Positions 37,550 through 49,923 of a DNA stretch of 64,000 nt are shown here, in pieces. Source of the stretch: Felis catus (Eukaryota); NCBI RefSeq assembly GCF_018350175.1, contig NC_058369.1, positions 9,860,001-9,924,000 on the forward strand. Reading direction: 5' to 3'. The first letter of the stretch is position 1. The number at the start of each line of letters is the position of its first letter. The notes beneath the pieces were generated by a model. That model did no database searches and had not been told where the DNA came from. It saw only the letters and a list, made by a program, of their open reading frames with translations. The translations under genes were made by a program, and so were the position numbers.

Positions 37550-39250
37550 AAAGCGACGCGGCACAGGTGGCTTTCCATCCCTTTGGGAGGCTGTAAGGCC
37601 CTGGCGGCAACTGCCCCACCCGGTTCCCCCGCCACCGGCACCCGCCGGCCCCGCCCACACCTTACGAACTGGCCCCGCCCATTCACCTCCGCCCCGCCTC
37701 GCCCCTCCCTCGCTCCCATTGGCCCAGCCTCCCCAGGCCCGCCTCTCCGCGCCTCCCAACATATAAAAGCCCCCCGCCCCGTCCAACCGACCTCCACTCG
37801 CCGCCGGCCTGCTAGCGCCCGCCCCTCGCGGGGGCTGGGCCCCGGACCCCAGGGGCGGGTGGTGTCGCCCCAGCCGGGCCCCGGCCCCCTCCCCCACGGC
37901 CCCGACAGTCGCCGCCGCCATTTTGACCGCCCGCCCCTTCCCCCCGGACTATGATTACAGCGACACCCGCCGCCCGGGCCCCGCCGCCCTCCCTGGCCGG
38001 GCCCACCACCCCAGGGCCGCCCGGGTTACCTCGGCTTCTTCCTACTTCTGTCCGCAGAAGGGCTTTCCAGAGGTCTCGGAGGCGATGTTGGGAGGGGGAC
38101 GGAACGTGCCGGGGTCCCCGGGCCGGGCAGGGGGGGGTGCGGGTGGGGGTCGGCCGGGCGGTTGTTGTTGTTGACTCGCGTTGCCGGGTTGCTTGGTCGC
38201 CACGACTACCGTGGCTATGGCGCCTCCGTTTCCCTCACCGGGGCAACTGTTGCTACCCACCCTACACACGTCATGAGCGGGGGCGGAGTCCCGGGTGATT
38301 GGCGGCGCCAGGAGAAGTGATTGGATGGCGCTAGGTCCTGCTGCTAAGCTATTGGTCCTAAGTCACGCTTTTCAACACCCTCTCGACTTCTCGGCGCTCT
38401 GATTCATCGGTGTGAATGTCCATCAAAGGAAATTGAACCCTCAAAGGCAGAAGAACCCGTCACTCCCGCAAGGAAGCAGCGGCCTAAGAATAAAGGGGTG
38501 GGGTCTGTGAGGTTGGGATTGGCTTGCGGCTGTAAAACCTGCCTTATGGTTCAGCTAAAGGGGTGTCAATCCATTCCAAAGGTTTGCCGCGCTCTCCAGC
38601 TGGGAACCGTGCGCATGCGCAGCACGCAAAGCCAGCTGGGAGTGGTAGTCCGCTCAGCGTACTTTAAAAGCCTTACCAACTATAAAAGGCGAGAAAGGAA
38701 AGCTCTCTTCCTTCAGACTTCTTCCTGCCCCGGTGGGTCAGTTCCTCGCCTCGCGCGCTTACGTCACGGGAGGAATGCAGTGACGCGCGCGGCTCGTCTG
38801 TGACGTCAGCGGCGGAGCTGGGCTAGGGATTCAGTGACGTCACTGGGCGCTCTTCCCCTCCCCCCTATTGCCCTACGTTGGTAAGATGGTCGTGGGATGT
38901 GAAGGCTGGGTTCGATCCCGGGTCCCATCCCTCGAGCAAACTTCCCCCGCCACCTCCGCCTAGACCCGGCCTCCGCGAGGGCTCCCGCCTCCCCCTCCTA
39001 TCGGGCCGGAAAAGGTCACCGCTGCCGGGACAACCGCGGCTATCTCCGCCCCGCAGGCGGTGCGGACAGCCCTGGGAAAGGTCTCCTGCAAGCGGAGGAC
39101 TTAATTAGAGGCTTCTAGCGCGGGCGATAAGCAAAGGTCGGCGCCCAGCACCCCCAGGGGAGTGCGGGCTGCTCACCAAGGCTCCACACCGCACCCCGAC
39201 CCTCTTCCCCCTCCGTCGCGCCGCCCCCTCACCGTCCTCCTTGCCTCAGT
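37550..39250. promoter_or_regulatory. RFX1: CpG island / RFX1 bidirectional-type promoter
   Basis: CpG-dense. YY1 CGCCATTTTG 37916-37925; GC box about 38278; three ATTGG (CCAAT) boxes at 38298, 38320, 38351; NRF1 TGCGCATGCGCA 38610-38621; ZNF143-like site 38635-38649; CRE TGACGTCA at 38801 and 38835. Confidence 0.8.
38030..38270 (-). other. RFX1: RFX1 non-coding exon 1 (5' end approximate)
   Basis: Donor GCCGAG|gtaacc at 38030/38029 downstream of the CCAAT/GC boxes; likely splices to the exon 2 acceptor cccaag| at 30837, which follows a long pyrimidine tract. Confidence 0.6.
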
Positions 39251-39292
39251 TTCTCCAGGAGAGAAGAGACAGAAGCGGGTCGAGACTAGGTT

Positions 39293-39579
39293 GAGGGCGC
39301 AAAAAACTCAATCATCAAGATAAATGACATTCTATCCAATATTTTTTAAGTATCAAAATTAATGGGGAAAAAATAAATCCATGATGACCAAACTACCAAA
39401 ATTTTAAATAAAGATAGGATCCTGCCAGGAGTGGGATCAAGATGAAGTGAGTCACGCAAGTGCTGGATCGGATCTTGTCTTTTACTTTTTCAAAAACATA
39501 TTTTAATCCTCAAAATTTTTTGCATTAATTTTGATTTCTCAAAATAGTAATTATCTTGATAAATGAGTTTTTTGCCCTC
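39293..39579. mobile_element. Degenerate palindromic MITE-like element
   Basis: Left arm gagggcgcaaaaaactca..atcaagataa..tatcaaaattaatg..aaagataggatcc is the approximate reverse complement of the right arm ggatcttgtctttt..cattaattttgat..ttatcttgataaatgagttttttgccctc. Confidence 0.55.
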
Positions 39580-40916
39580 CCCCCATCCTCCCCCACCCCC
39601 GCCGGCCCCGCGACCCCCTTCGGTTTTGCGCCGTGGTCTCCACCAGAGACAGGAAAATGAACGAAAAAGCTCAGAGCCCATGGTTCTACTTGTAGTCCTG
39701 CTGTGTGACAGTGTGACGAAGCGGCTCCGTCTCTGAGCTGCTGTTTCCTGGTTCAACCAACTTCACTCCTCTTGTGTGCAAGGCCCGGGCTGTAAAAGTA
39801 AAGAAAGCAGACAAAACCTCAGGCTTTGCATTTTATTAAGAGAGACACCATTACTAGTGAAATGACTACATAAGATAGGTTTTTAAGGGGCTGTAAGAGT
39901 GACATGGGGGGGTGGGGGTGGGGTGGGAGAGGAGTGACAGGATGCAGTGGCCTGTGTCACTTGAGGGAGGGGTCCTGCAGTCCTGAGTTGTGAAAAGAAG
40001 CCAACTCCATAAAACCCAGGTGGAGGGAACGGCGGGGAGGAGGGGAGGCGGGAGATAAACATCAGGCTGGGGCAGAATGAGCAAAGAGGAAAGCGTCAGG
40101 AGGTGAGGTCAGAGAAGCAAAGGCAGCCAGGTGATTCCCCAGAAACCCTCCACCTCCCAACAGCCCCGCAAAGTGGAATATCCACCCCACCCCCGCCCCA
40201 CTAGACGGGTAAAGCAAAAAAGCAAATAGAGTCTCAGAGGTAGAAGGAGATTCTTCCGGGATCACGCAGCTGGGAGGCAGCAGAGCCCAGACAGCCTGTC
40301 TCCTTTTCTGGGCCTTTCCGATGTGCTTTGATGCCCCGGGGTGTGACCCTCCACGGTAGAGGAAAAGTAGCAGCAATTTCAATCAGCCTGGAAATGCTCA
40401 CGGAGCCCCAGCCCTGATAAGTCCACCCAAGAATGAATGCGACTTGCAGGCATAAGGTGGCCGGGATAAATCCCAGCCCGCAGAGCCAGTCAGCCCCTGC
40501 AGCTGCGTCTGTGAGACAGGTGGAGGTCCCAGGGCCAGCCCTGTGTGCATGGGGGCCACCCGGGGGGGGGGGGGGGGACTAGAAGCCCTATTGCCACCTC
40601 CCACCCATTTCCCCACCTCCCTGAAGTCCCTAACCCCCCCAGTGAGCACAGCCAAGCCTGGAAATCATTTCTTCAATCGCAAATATTCATTATAAGCCTT
40701 TGTGACAGGGAAGGCAGTGTGGGCTAGAAATGTTCTATTTTTTTTTATAGTGTTTGCATGGGTTTATAGATACAAAAAAATTCCCTGAGCTCTCCATTCG
40801 AAATCTATGTCCTTTATGTATGTTATACCCCAATTTGAAACTTAAAAACACATGTTATACCATTGGAAGTCAAGTTATACTCTTGACCAACTCCTTTCTG
40901 AAACATTGGTAATTAG

Positions 40917-41370
40917 GGGGGCCTGGGTAGCTCAGTCCATTAAGCGTTCATTTCTTGATTTCAGCTCAGATTATGATCTCACAGTTCGTGGGATCAGGCC
41001 CCATGTCGGGCTCCTTGATAATGATGCAGAGCCTGGTTGGGATGTTCTCTCTCCCTCTGTCTCTTTCTCTCTCCCACTTGCTCACTCTCAAAATAAATAA
41101 ACTTTTTTTTTTTTTAATGCAGAATGAAAGAATTAGAAAAAATGCCATTTAGGGGCTTCCGGGTGGCTCAGTCCGTTGAGCATCCAGCTCTTGATTTTGG
41201 CTCAAGTCATGATCTCATGGTCTGTTGAGTTCGAGCCCCATGTTGGGCTCTGTGCTGACAGAGCAGAGCTTGCTTGGGATTCATGCTCTCCTTTTCTCTC
41301 TCTGCCCCTCCTTCCCTCTTCCTCTCTCTCTCAAAATAAATGAACTTAAAAAAAGAAAAAGAAAAAGAAA
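40917..41370 (+). mobile_element. Two tandem CAN-SINEs (about 40917-41100 and 41152-41370)
   Basis: Two gggg..ggtggctcagt-type heads, each with a CT tract and aaataaa tail. Confidence 0.85.
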
Positions 41371-41849
41371 ACTTGCCGTTTTGCAAAAGCCAAGGAAATC
41401 ATTGATCTGGGCAATGATCGTTGATGGGCATCATAAAGCAGCAGGTGAGAGAATGACGGGGAACAAACTATGCACAGGGTGCTGGATGGCTCACGGAGCC
41501 CAGGGGTGTGGACTTGATCACGGAGGCCAGGCTGTCACCAGCATGAGCTGCCAGGCAGCTCAGCAGCACAGTAAAGGGCCCTGGGCCTCCCGATGGGATG
41601 CGAAAGGAAGTTCACAGCTTCCCCTAGGACACGTCTTGCCAAAACGTTAAACCTGACTCTGATGAAGTCTCTCAACCTCACATCCAGTTTGCAGGAAATG
41701 GAAAGGGTAGAGAAACAAGTTAAATGACAATATCAGGAAGCGACAGACAGACAAATCCACAGTCGGGGGGGGGGGGGTACCACATGACAACTGTCCCTGT
41801 CTCTTCAACAAGTCAGTCATGAAAAAAAGGGACTGGGGACTTTTCTAGG

Positions 41850-42010
41850 GCAGGCGGCACCGTCGACACTTGGGGCCAAATTGTTCTTTGTGGTGGGAAA
41901 CTGTCCTGTGTGTTTTACGATATTAAGCAGTGCCCCTGGCCACCACCCACTAGATGCCAGTAGCCTCCTGCCCCAGCCAGGTATGACACTGAAAGATGTC
42001 TCTAGACAAA
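41850..42010. mobile_element. MER20-like DNA transposon remnant
   Basis: ggcaccgtcgacacttggggccaaattgttctttgtggtggg...cccactagatgccagtagc...aaagatgtctctagaca. Confidence 0.6.
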
Positions 42011-42867
42011 CGTCCTTGGAGATACTACCCTAGAGGATGGCACAACAAGGGACAGAAGGGCACGGGCTTCCCAGCTATCCACCAGCAGAGACCAACCTTC
42101 TCTCGCATTTAAGCCAGTCATCGGGTCTCTGTTAAACCAAGGGAACCGCGCCTCGGTGGTTCTGTTCCAAATTTTTATATTCATTGAAAGTTTTGCACCG
42201 GGTGAGCATACTCACTGAGGTGGGTCACTGGAGGCAACGTACATGTCCATCTTTCTAGCAAGATGAACTAAGAAAGCGGCATGATCCAGACTCCTCAGCC
42301 AAGTAGCCCGGCAGCAAAAAGTAGCTTACAAAGTATCGTGCTAATGGGCATGAAACCCAGACACCATCGCATTTTAAGACCCGGCAACCCTGTTCCTCCC
42401 CCAAGCGGCAGGAGAAAGAGATCTCCGTGGAGTTTTGCTAAAAGGGAGAAAAAGAAGAAATTTAAAACTATCTACGAATGTGCCAGCTACCAAGGAGAAT
42501 TTGACCCTCGGTGCATTGGAACGCAAACAAGACGTCCTCCTGTTACACTGGCAAATCATCATAAAAGCCGGTGCATTTCTGCTTATTATTAAGTGTTAGG
42601 CTTAGCAGGCTAGTTCTAACTTTTCAAGCCACACAATGGGGTAAGAGAAAAAAAATATAAATGTGTGAATACTGTGCAGATATATCCATGGATAAAATGG
42701 AATCTAGTGTCAGAGGACGCCCAGTCCAACAGGTTTGGGGAACTATGTTGCAAGCAGGGTTTTGATGAGTTAAGGTGATCTTGGGAAAATATTGTTGAGG
42801 GTATTGCATCATCGAGCGGAAGGAAAAGTTGGGGGGAAAAAAATGAACTGAGATTTACAGAATAACA

Positions 42868-43753
42868 GGGGCGCCTGGGTGGCTCAGGCGGTTAAGCATC
42901 TGACCTCAGCTCAGGTCATGATCTCACGGTTCGTGGGTTCAAGCCCCGCATCGGGCTCTGTGCTGACAGCTCAGAGCCCGGAGCCTGCTTCGGATTCTGT
43001 GTCTGTGTCTCACTCTCCCCTGCTCACGCTCTTTCTCTCTCTCTCTCTAAATAAACATTAAAAAAAATTAAATACAAAATTAAAAAACAAAAATCTGAGA
43101 TGTGAGGGACGCTTGGGTGGCTCAGCTGGTTAAGCCTCTGACTCTTGATGTCAGCTCAGGTCATGATCTTGAGGTTTGTGAGTTCAAGCCCCACGTAAGG
43201 CTCTGTGCTGACCGCACAGAGCCTGCTTGGGATTCTCTCTCTCTCCCTGTCTCTCTGCCCCTCCCCTGCTCTCTCTGGCACATGTCGTCTCTCTCTCCCT
43301 CTCTCTCTCCCACCCCCCCCTGCAGTCTTTCAAAATAAATAAATAAACTTTTTTAAAAATCTGAGAGGTGATCCCCTAAATACTTGGGCTTTGAGAGAAA
43401 ATGCTTGGGACACACGCGTATCCACATGAACTTGTGTCAACCTATTCCCACCCCCCACCAAGTGGTAAGACAATTTTTGGTGGGGAGAGGCTGAAGGAAA
43501 TAAGTTAATAACTGCTTTGACTCTCTTTTTTTTTTTTTAATTTTTTTTTTTAACGTTTATTTATTTTTGAGACAGAGAGAGACAGAGCGTGAACGGGGGA
43601 GGGGCAGAGAGAGAGGGAGACAAAGAATCGGAAGCAGGCTCCAGGCTCTGAGCCACCAGCTCAGAGCCCGACGCGGGGCTCGAACTCACGGACCGCGAGA
43701 TCGTGACCTGGCTGAAGTCGGATGCTTAACCGACTGAGCCACCCAGGCGCCCC
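42868..43753. mobile_element. Three CAN-SINEs (+ 42868-43070, + 43106-43350, - 43525-43753)
   Basis: Canonical heads and tails; the 19-nt duplication taactgctttgactctctt at about 43509 and 43791 flanks the third. Confidence 0.85.
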
Positions 43754-44319
43754 TTTCTTTCTTTTTTTTTTTTTTTTACATTTTTTTTGATAACTGCTTT
43801 GACTCTCTTAACAAAAATGCAATATATCACTGAGCTGAAAGGGTACAGATGGAAATCTAGTACACAGTCCCATTGTGCTAGTCACAACATACTTGCACAC
43901 ACATACAAAGTGAGCATATAAACATACACAGTGGTACATCCTATTGCTCGAGGTTATGTACCTGTTCAGGAACACAGGGCAAATGTCTTAGAGATTCTGG
44001 CAGTGGTTTGGGAAGAGCAAGAAATTGGTTATCTGGGATGAAATTACACCAGTGGGCACTTTGCCTGGACCAGTGAGGGCGTAATAGTGTTTGGGGAGAG
44101 ATGGGACTGGGTGAGACCAAGGTTCACTGGCATTTGGGGAGCATATAGCAGATGGCAAACGGCTGAGGGCCAATTGGGAGGTGAATGGAGACAGTGAATG
44201 TAGGTTAGATGTATTTGGGTCAGGAAGACAGATTTGAAATCTGCACTAATATGGTGGCTGCTGGGGGCGGGGGGGTGGGGGGGAGAAAGGGATACCTTTT
44301 ATTTATTTTTTAAATGTTT

Positions 44320-44815
44320 TTGAAACATTTATTCGTTTTTGAGAGCGCTCGAGGACTGGGGGCGGAGCAAGGAGAGAGAGGGACAGAGGATCTGAAGCGG
44401 GCTCTGCACTGTCAGCACAGAGCCCGATGCGGCACTCGAACTCATGAACCGTGAGAGCATGACCCGAGCAGAAGTTGGACTCTGAACAGACTGAGCCACC
44501 CAGTCGCCCCTACCTTCTATTCCTTTTTCTGCCAAATTGCTCTGGCTGGGACTCGCGGTACTGTGTTGAATAAAAGTAGTGGGAACGATGGGGCGCCTGG
44601 GTGGCGCAGACGGTTGAGCGTCCGACTTCAACCAGGTCACGATCTCGCGGTCCGTGAGTTCGAGCCCCACGTCGGGCTCTGGGCTGATGGCTCAGAGCCT
44701 GGAGCCTGTTTCTGATTCTGTGTCTCCCTCTCTCTCTGCCCCTCCCCCGTTCATGCTCTCTCTCTCTCTGTCCCAAAAATAAATAAACGTTGAAAAAAAA
44801 ATTAAAAAAAAAAAA
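44320..44815. mobile_element. CAN-SINE pair (- 44320-44511; + young SINEC_Fc-like 44589-44815)
   Basis: Second copy has target-site duplication aaaagtagtgggaacg and is inserted into an L1 fragment. Confidence 0.87.
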
Positions 44816-45190
44816 AGTAGTGGGAACGGGTACCCTTGTCTCGTTCCTGTCTTAGAGGAAAAGCTTTCAGTGTTATACTATTATGATGTTAGTTGTGGGC
44901 TTGTCGTACGTGGCCTTTATTACCTCGAACTACGTCTCCTCTATGCCCAGTTTGTTGAGAGTTTCCGTTACGAAAGGATGTTGGATTTTGTCGAATGCTC
45001 TTCTGCATCTCTTGAGATGATCATTTATGATTTTTGTCCTTCATTTTGCTAGCGTATTACACTGATTTGCGGATACCGAGCCGTCCTTGCATCCCCGGAA
45101 TAAATCCCACTTGATCGTGGTGTGTGATCCTTTTAATGTATTGTTTGCTAATATTTTGTTGAGGGTTTTTGCACCTACGTGCATCGGGGA
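44512..45190 (-). mobile_element. L1 ORF2 fragment
   Basis: cttgtctcgttcctgtcttagaggaaaagctttcag...ttctgcatctcttgagatgatcat...ggaataaatcccacttgatcgtggtg is typical antisense L1 ORF2. Confidence 0.75.
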
Positions 45191-45236
45191 TCCTGACTAG
45201 TAATTTCCCACATGCTGTTAAAATTCAAAGTAACTT

Positions 45237-45420
45237 GGGATGCCTGGGTAGCTCAGTCAACTAAGCGCCAGACTCTTGATCTCAGCTCAGGTCATGATCT
45301 CACAGTTCACGAGTTCAAGCCTGGCGTCGGGCTCTGCACTGACAGTGCAGCCTTCTTCGGATTCTGTCTCTTCCTCGGCCCCTTCCCCACTCTCTAAATA
45401 AATAAATACCCTTAAAAAAA
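45237..45420 (+). mobile_element. CAN-SINE inserted in a MER3-like element
   Basis: gggatgcctgggtagctcagt head; flanks resemble MER3 (acttagttcctc..atttcaagcgctcagtagcca..agaaagttc). Confidence 0.7.
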
Positions 45421-45839
45421 TAAAAGTAACTAAAATAAAATACAACGAACAACTTAGTTCCTCATCGCTATTGGACACATTTCAAGCGCTCAGTAGCCAG
45501 CTGGTGGCCACCATGGTGGAAAGCACAGATATAGAACACTCCCACCCTCGTAGAAAGTTCTGTTGGTCTGGGCTGTAAATCAACTCTGAAAAGACATTTC
45601 ACAGACTCAGGGAAATTTGAATATGTGTTCGGCGTAAGATGATACCGAAGAATGCTTGTATATTTGTCAGTGTATAAATATCCTTATTTTCTAGAGATGC
45701 ATGTTATACGTAGTATTTAGAGACGAAAAATGATGTCAGTCAGGTTGACTAGGGTGTTTAAAGCACCGCAGAAGACCAGGCGTCCATCAAATTCTCAATA
45801 AATGTCAGCGTTCATTAATTTAAAAGTTTGGAGAAACAG

Positions 45840-46450
45840 CAACCTGGGAGCAAATATTTATCCCCCATCGGATAACCAGATAAGAGATCTCCTTAATATA
45901 TAAAGAACCCCTAGAAATCAAGAAGAAAAAGATCAACATCCTAAAAAATAACGGGCAACGAAGGTGACCAAAGAGGAACGAGAAAACTGTAATAGCTCTT
46001 GAACACATGGAGTATGTCCCACTGTACTTATGGAAGGGAAGTGTAAATTTTCTCTATTCCGAGATACCATTTTTCACCTGTTGTGCTGGCGAAAATCCAA
46101 AGGTTGACACGCTCTGTGGGTGAGGCCATAGAGGAGCGGAACACTCATTAATTGCTGGAGGGAGTGTGGATTAATCTATCCCCCAAAGGGGAGATTTGGC
46201 AATATCTATAAAAAGCACAAATGCGCATATTGTTCGAGCCAGAAATCTCACTTCGGGGAATTTTCCTACTGATGCACTTGCATATGTGCGAAGTGACATT
46301 TCTACAAGGTTTTTCACTGCAGTGTTAGCTCCAGAACAAATGGATGAAAAATGTCGCCCGTCTCTGGGAGTGAAATTAACTCTGGGACATCCACACAGCA
46401 GAATACTACCCAGCTGTAGAACAACAAGGTGGGTGAAGAGAGTTTCAATA
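45840..46450 (+). mobile_element. Old L1 3' fragment
   Basis: gagataccatttttcacc...ttgctggagggagtgt...ggcaatatctataaaa...ccagaaatctcacttcggggaatttt. Confidence 0.6.
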
Positions 46451-46590
46451 TGGGGAGATCCCCGGCATTTGTTGTTAAGTGGGGCGGGACGGGGGGGGAG
46501 CAAGGTGTAGCAGAATGTATAAAACGTGCCACCCTGAATTGAAGTTTTGACACATGCTACAACATGGATGAACTTGAAAACGTCGTGCCT

Positions 46591-48100
46591 GGGGCACCTG
46601 GGTGGCTCAGCTGGTCCAGCATCTGACTCTTGATTACAGCTCAGGTCATGGCCTCGTGGTTTGTGAGTTCAAGCCCCACATCAGGCTCTGCACTTGACAG
46701 CGTGGAGCCTGCTTGGGATTCTCTGTTTCCCTCTCTCTCTCTCTGCCCCTCCCCTGCTCATGCACACACTCCCTTGTTCTCTCTCTCTCTCTCTCTCAAA
46801 ATAAATAAATTAACTTAAAAAAAAAAAAAGGAAAAGAGGGACGTCTGGGTGGCTCAGTCAGTTAAGGTTCCAATTCTTGATTTCCGCTCAAGACAGTGAT
46901 CTCACGGTTTGTGAGTTCGAGCCCCGCATCAGGCTCTGCACTGTGTCAGCTCGGAGCCTGCTTGGAAGTCTCTCTCCCTCTCTCTGTGCCCCTACCCACC
47001 CCCTCTCTTTCCCAAAATAAAGAAATAGACTTAAAAATTAAAGAAAAGAAAAGAAAACATTGGGCCAAGTTCAAGAAGCCAGACACAAAACGACAAACGT
47101 CATAGGAGTTTACTCACACGAGGTACCTGGAATGGGCAAATCCATAGAGACCAAAAGGGGGAATGATGGGTGCCTGAGTGGAAGGGGGGAAGTGAGAGAC
47201 TGGTGTTTCAAGGGGACAGAGTTTCAGTTTGGGAAAATGAAAGAGTTCTGAAGAGGAGCGCCTGGGTGGCTCAGTGGGTTAAGCGTCAGACTCTTGATAC
47301 CGGCTCGGGTCGTGATCTCAGGGTTCAGGGGATTGAGCCCCAGGTGGGGTTCTGTGCTGACATCGTGGAGTCTGCTTGGGATTCTCCCTCTCTTTTTTTC
47401 TCTCTCTGTCTCTCGGCCCCTCCCCTGTTGTGCATGTGTGTGCATGCTCCCTCGCTCTCTCTCAAAATAAATAAATTTTAAAAATAAATTTTATTTATTT
47501 TTTTTTAATTTTTTTTCAACGTTTTTTATTTATTTTTGGGACAGAGAGAAACATAGCATGAACGGGGGAGGGGCAGAGAGAGAGAGAGACACACAGCATC
47601 GGAAACAGGCTCCAGGCTCCGAGCCATCAGCCCAGAGCCTGACGCGGGGCTCAAACTCACGGACCGCGAGATCGTGACCTGGCTGAAGTCGGACGCTTAA
47701 CCGACTGCGCCACCCAGGCGCCCCTAAAAATAAATGTTAAAAACATCTGAGAAGATTTAAAAACATAGGGGTGGTAAACATGGATGGTGGGGACGGCTGT
47801 ACAACAATGCGACGTATTTAATGCTGCTGAACAGGACACTTAAAATGGTTAAGATGACATATTGTATGTTATGTATATTTTACCACAATAAACAATTAAA
47901 CACATTTTTTTAATGTTTGTTTACTTTTGAGAGCGAGCCAGGGAGGAGCAGAGAGAGAGAGGGAGACACCGAATCCGAAGCAGGCTCCAGGCTCCGAGCT
48001 TTCCGCACAGAGCCCGACGCGGGGCTCAAACCCACGAACCGCGAGATCATGACCTCAACCGAAGCCGGATGCTTAACTGACTGAGCCACCCGGGCACCTC
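46591..48100. mobile_element. Cluster of five CAN-SINEs (+46591-46830, +46838-47050, +47255-47485, -47490-47724, -47905-48100) within L1 3' sequence
   Basis: Five recognisable SINE bodies; intervening L1M 3' motifs (ggcaaatccatagagacc, cttaaaatggttaagatg). Confidence 0.85.
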
Positions 48101-48484
48101 ACCACAATTAAAGAATTTTAAATGCTACCTTTCATGTAAAAGTAGGTGTGTGTATGTGGGGGGGGGAGGATAAGAACCTATATTCACATGTTTGTACAGG
48201 TGCACAGAAATTCTGGAAGGATACTCGGGAGATTAAGAGCAGTGAGTTACCTGTAGGGAAAGGTGGGGGCTGAGACTGGGAGGGAGATACCACAGCCGAT
48301 CTTATACTTTTTATTTCTGATGCACCAGGCTGTACCGACCATCCAGAAATAGGACTAGTTACGTTTGGAGAGAGTGGTTTTATTTAGGATTGGTAAACTT
48401 TGGGTGCATTTGTATGCTGGCCAAAAATAATAATGGTAATGAAAATAATGATATTGGTAGCAGGCGGGCTTTCCTAATTCTTAC

Positions 48485-48850
48485 GTATCCGTTTCCTGTG
48501 GCTGCTTTGATAGTTGCCACAAACTGGGGGGCTTACAAAAGCAGGAATGTATTCTCTCACGGTTCTAGAGGCCAGAAGGCTGAGATCAAGGTCCGCAAGG
48601 CCATGCTCCCTCCAAAGACTCTGGGGGAAGATCCTTCCGTGTCTCTTCCAGCTTCTGGTGGCTCCAGACATGACTTGGTTTCTTCGTGTATATCACTCTA
48701 ACCTCTGCCTCTGTCTTCACATGGCCTTATCTCTCCTGTGTCGTTGGGTCTAGGGTCCAACCGGATAATCCAGGACCATCTCATCTCAAAGGCCTTAATT
48801 ACGTATGCAAAGACCCTTTCCGCAAATAATATCAGGTTCAGAGTTCCGGA
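48485..48850. mobile_element. MLT1-type MaLR LTR remnant
   Basis: ccacaaactggggggcttac..tattctctcacggttctagaggccagaaggctgagatcaagg..cttccagcttctggtggctcc..ataatccaggaccatctcatctca. Confidence 0.7.
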
Positions 48851-49009
48851 GGGTTAGGACGCGGAGGGTTAGGACGAGGGGAGGTATCTTTGTGCAGGGT
48901 CACACCCAAGCCACCGCACTTACCGTGTGCTGTGCGTGGTGCTCAGCACTTTACAGAATTTCACCCAAGTCCCCAAACAGCCCCAGGAAGGAAATAGGCC
49001 TATTTTTTT

Positions 49010-49197
49010 TAATTTTCTTTTTTTTTTTTAATGTTTATTCATTTTAGAGACAGAGTGTGTGTGAACGGGGGAGTCGCAGAGAGAATGGGGGACCGCTGTC
49101 AGCACAGAGCCCGACGTGGGGCTCAAACTCGCGAACCGCGAGATCAAGACTCGAGCTGAAGTCAGAGGCTCAACCGACTGAGCCACCCAGGCGCCCC
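49010..49197 (-). mobile_element. CAN-SINE (internally shortened)
   Basis: T-rich tail ... gactgagccacccaggcgcccc. Confidence 0.8.
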
Positions 49198-49923
49198 AGG
49201 AAATATGATAATTAACTCCGTCTTCCCAATGAATTCAGAGAGGTGTAAGGCCTTTCTCAAGTTCACATAGGAACTGGAATTTGAATGCAGCTATATTGGG
49301 CTCAAAACTCTGATTCTGTGTGAAGCACAAAAGAGCCTTCTGGTTATGGGCCAGGCAAACTCAGACAGACAGCAATTATTTCCCAGCGAGTTTGTTCTTT
49401 GCCAGCCCTTGAGCCAGGCACTGGGGATATGGAGAAAAGGGCAGAAGGGTACGTCCCTGGAGAGTCGCTGGGAGAAGAGGAGGTGGGGGGAGCATTTTAT
49501 TCATCAGCCCTTTCAAAGCAGTACAATCAGATATGACTCCCGCCTCCTGGAGCATTGCCTGGGCCCAAGACACCACAGGGGGCAACAGAGGCCAGGAGTT
49601 TGTCATGAAGAAAAGGACAAAGGGATAAAGTTCGGATCCAAAGAGAATGTGTCAAGTAGAAATAACAGAAGTACACAGCGCTGCCCGCCGGCCCCGGGAT
49701 GTTTTAAGATGCGCGCATTGATTCTTCCTTGTTTGACAGGTGAGAAAACCAAGGTCCAGAGAGGTTAAATGCCTTCCTTGCCTACTAGGGTCACACAGCA
49801 GGAAAGAGGCAAGGGTGGGATTCCAACGCAGCTCAGCCCATCACGGGAGCCCCTAGTATTGTTTATTTAAAGCGACGTGAAATTGACGTAACACAAAACT
49901 ATGTTAACGTGAACAATTCAGCG

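Noticed and set aside
38879..38925. tRNA-like segment with B-box GGTTCGATCCC (38909-38919)
   Set aside because: No cloverleaf can be built, the T-loop has the wrong length and the A-box is poor. At most it is an isolated TFIIIC-type site.
48848..48880. Telomere-like ggagggttaggacg duplication
   Set aside because: Only two 15-nt units at the end of an MLT LTR, not a (TTAGGG)n array.
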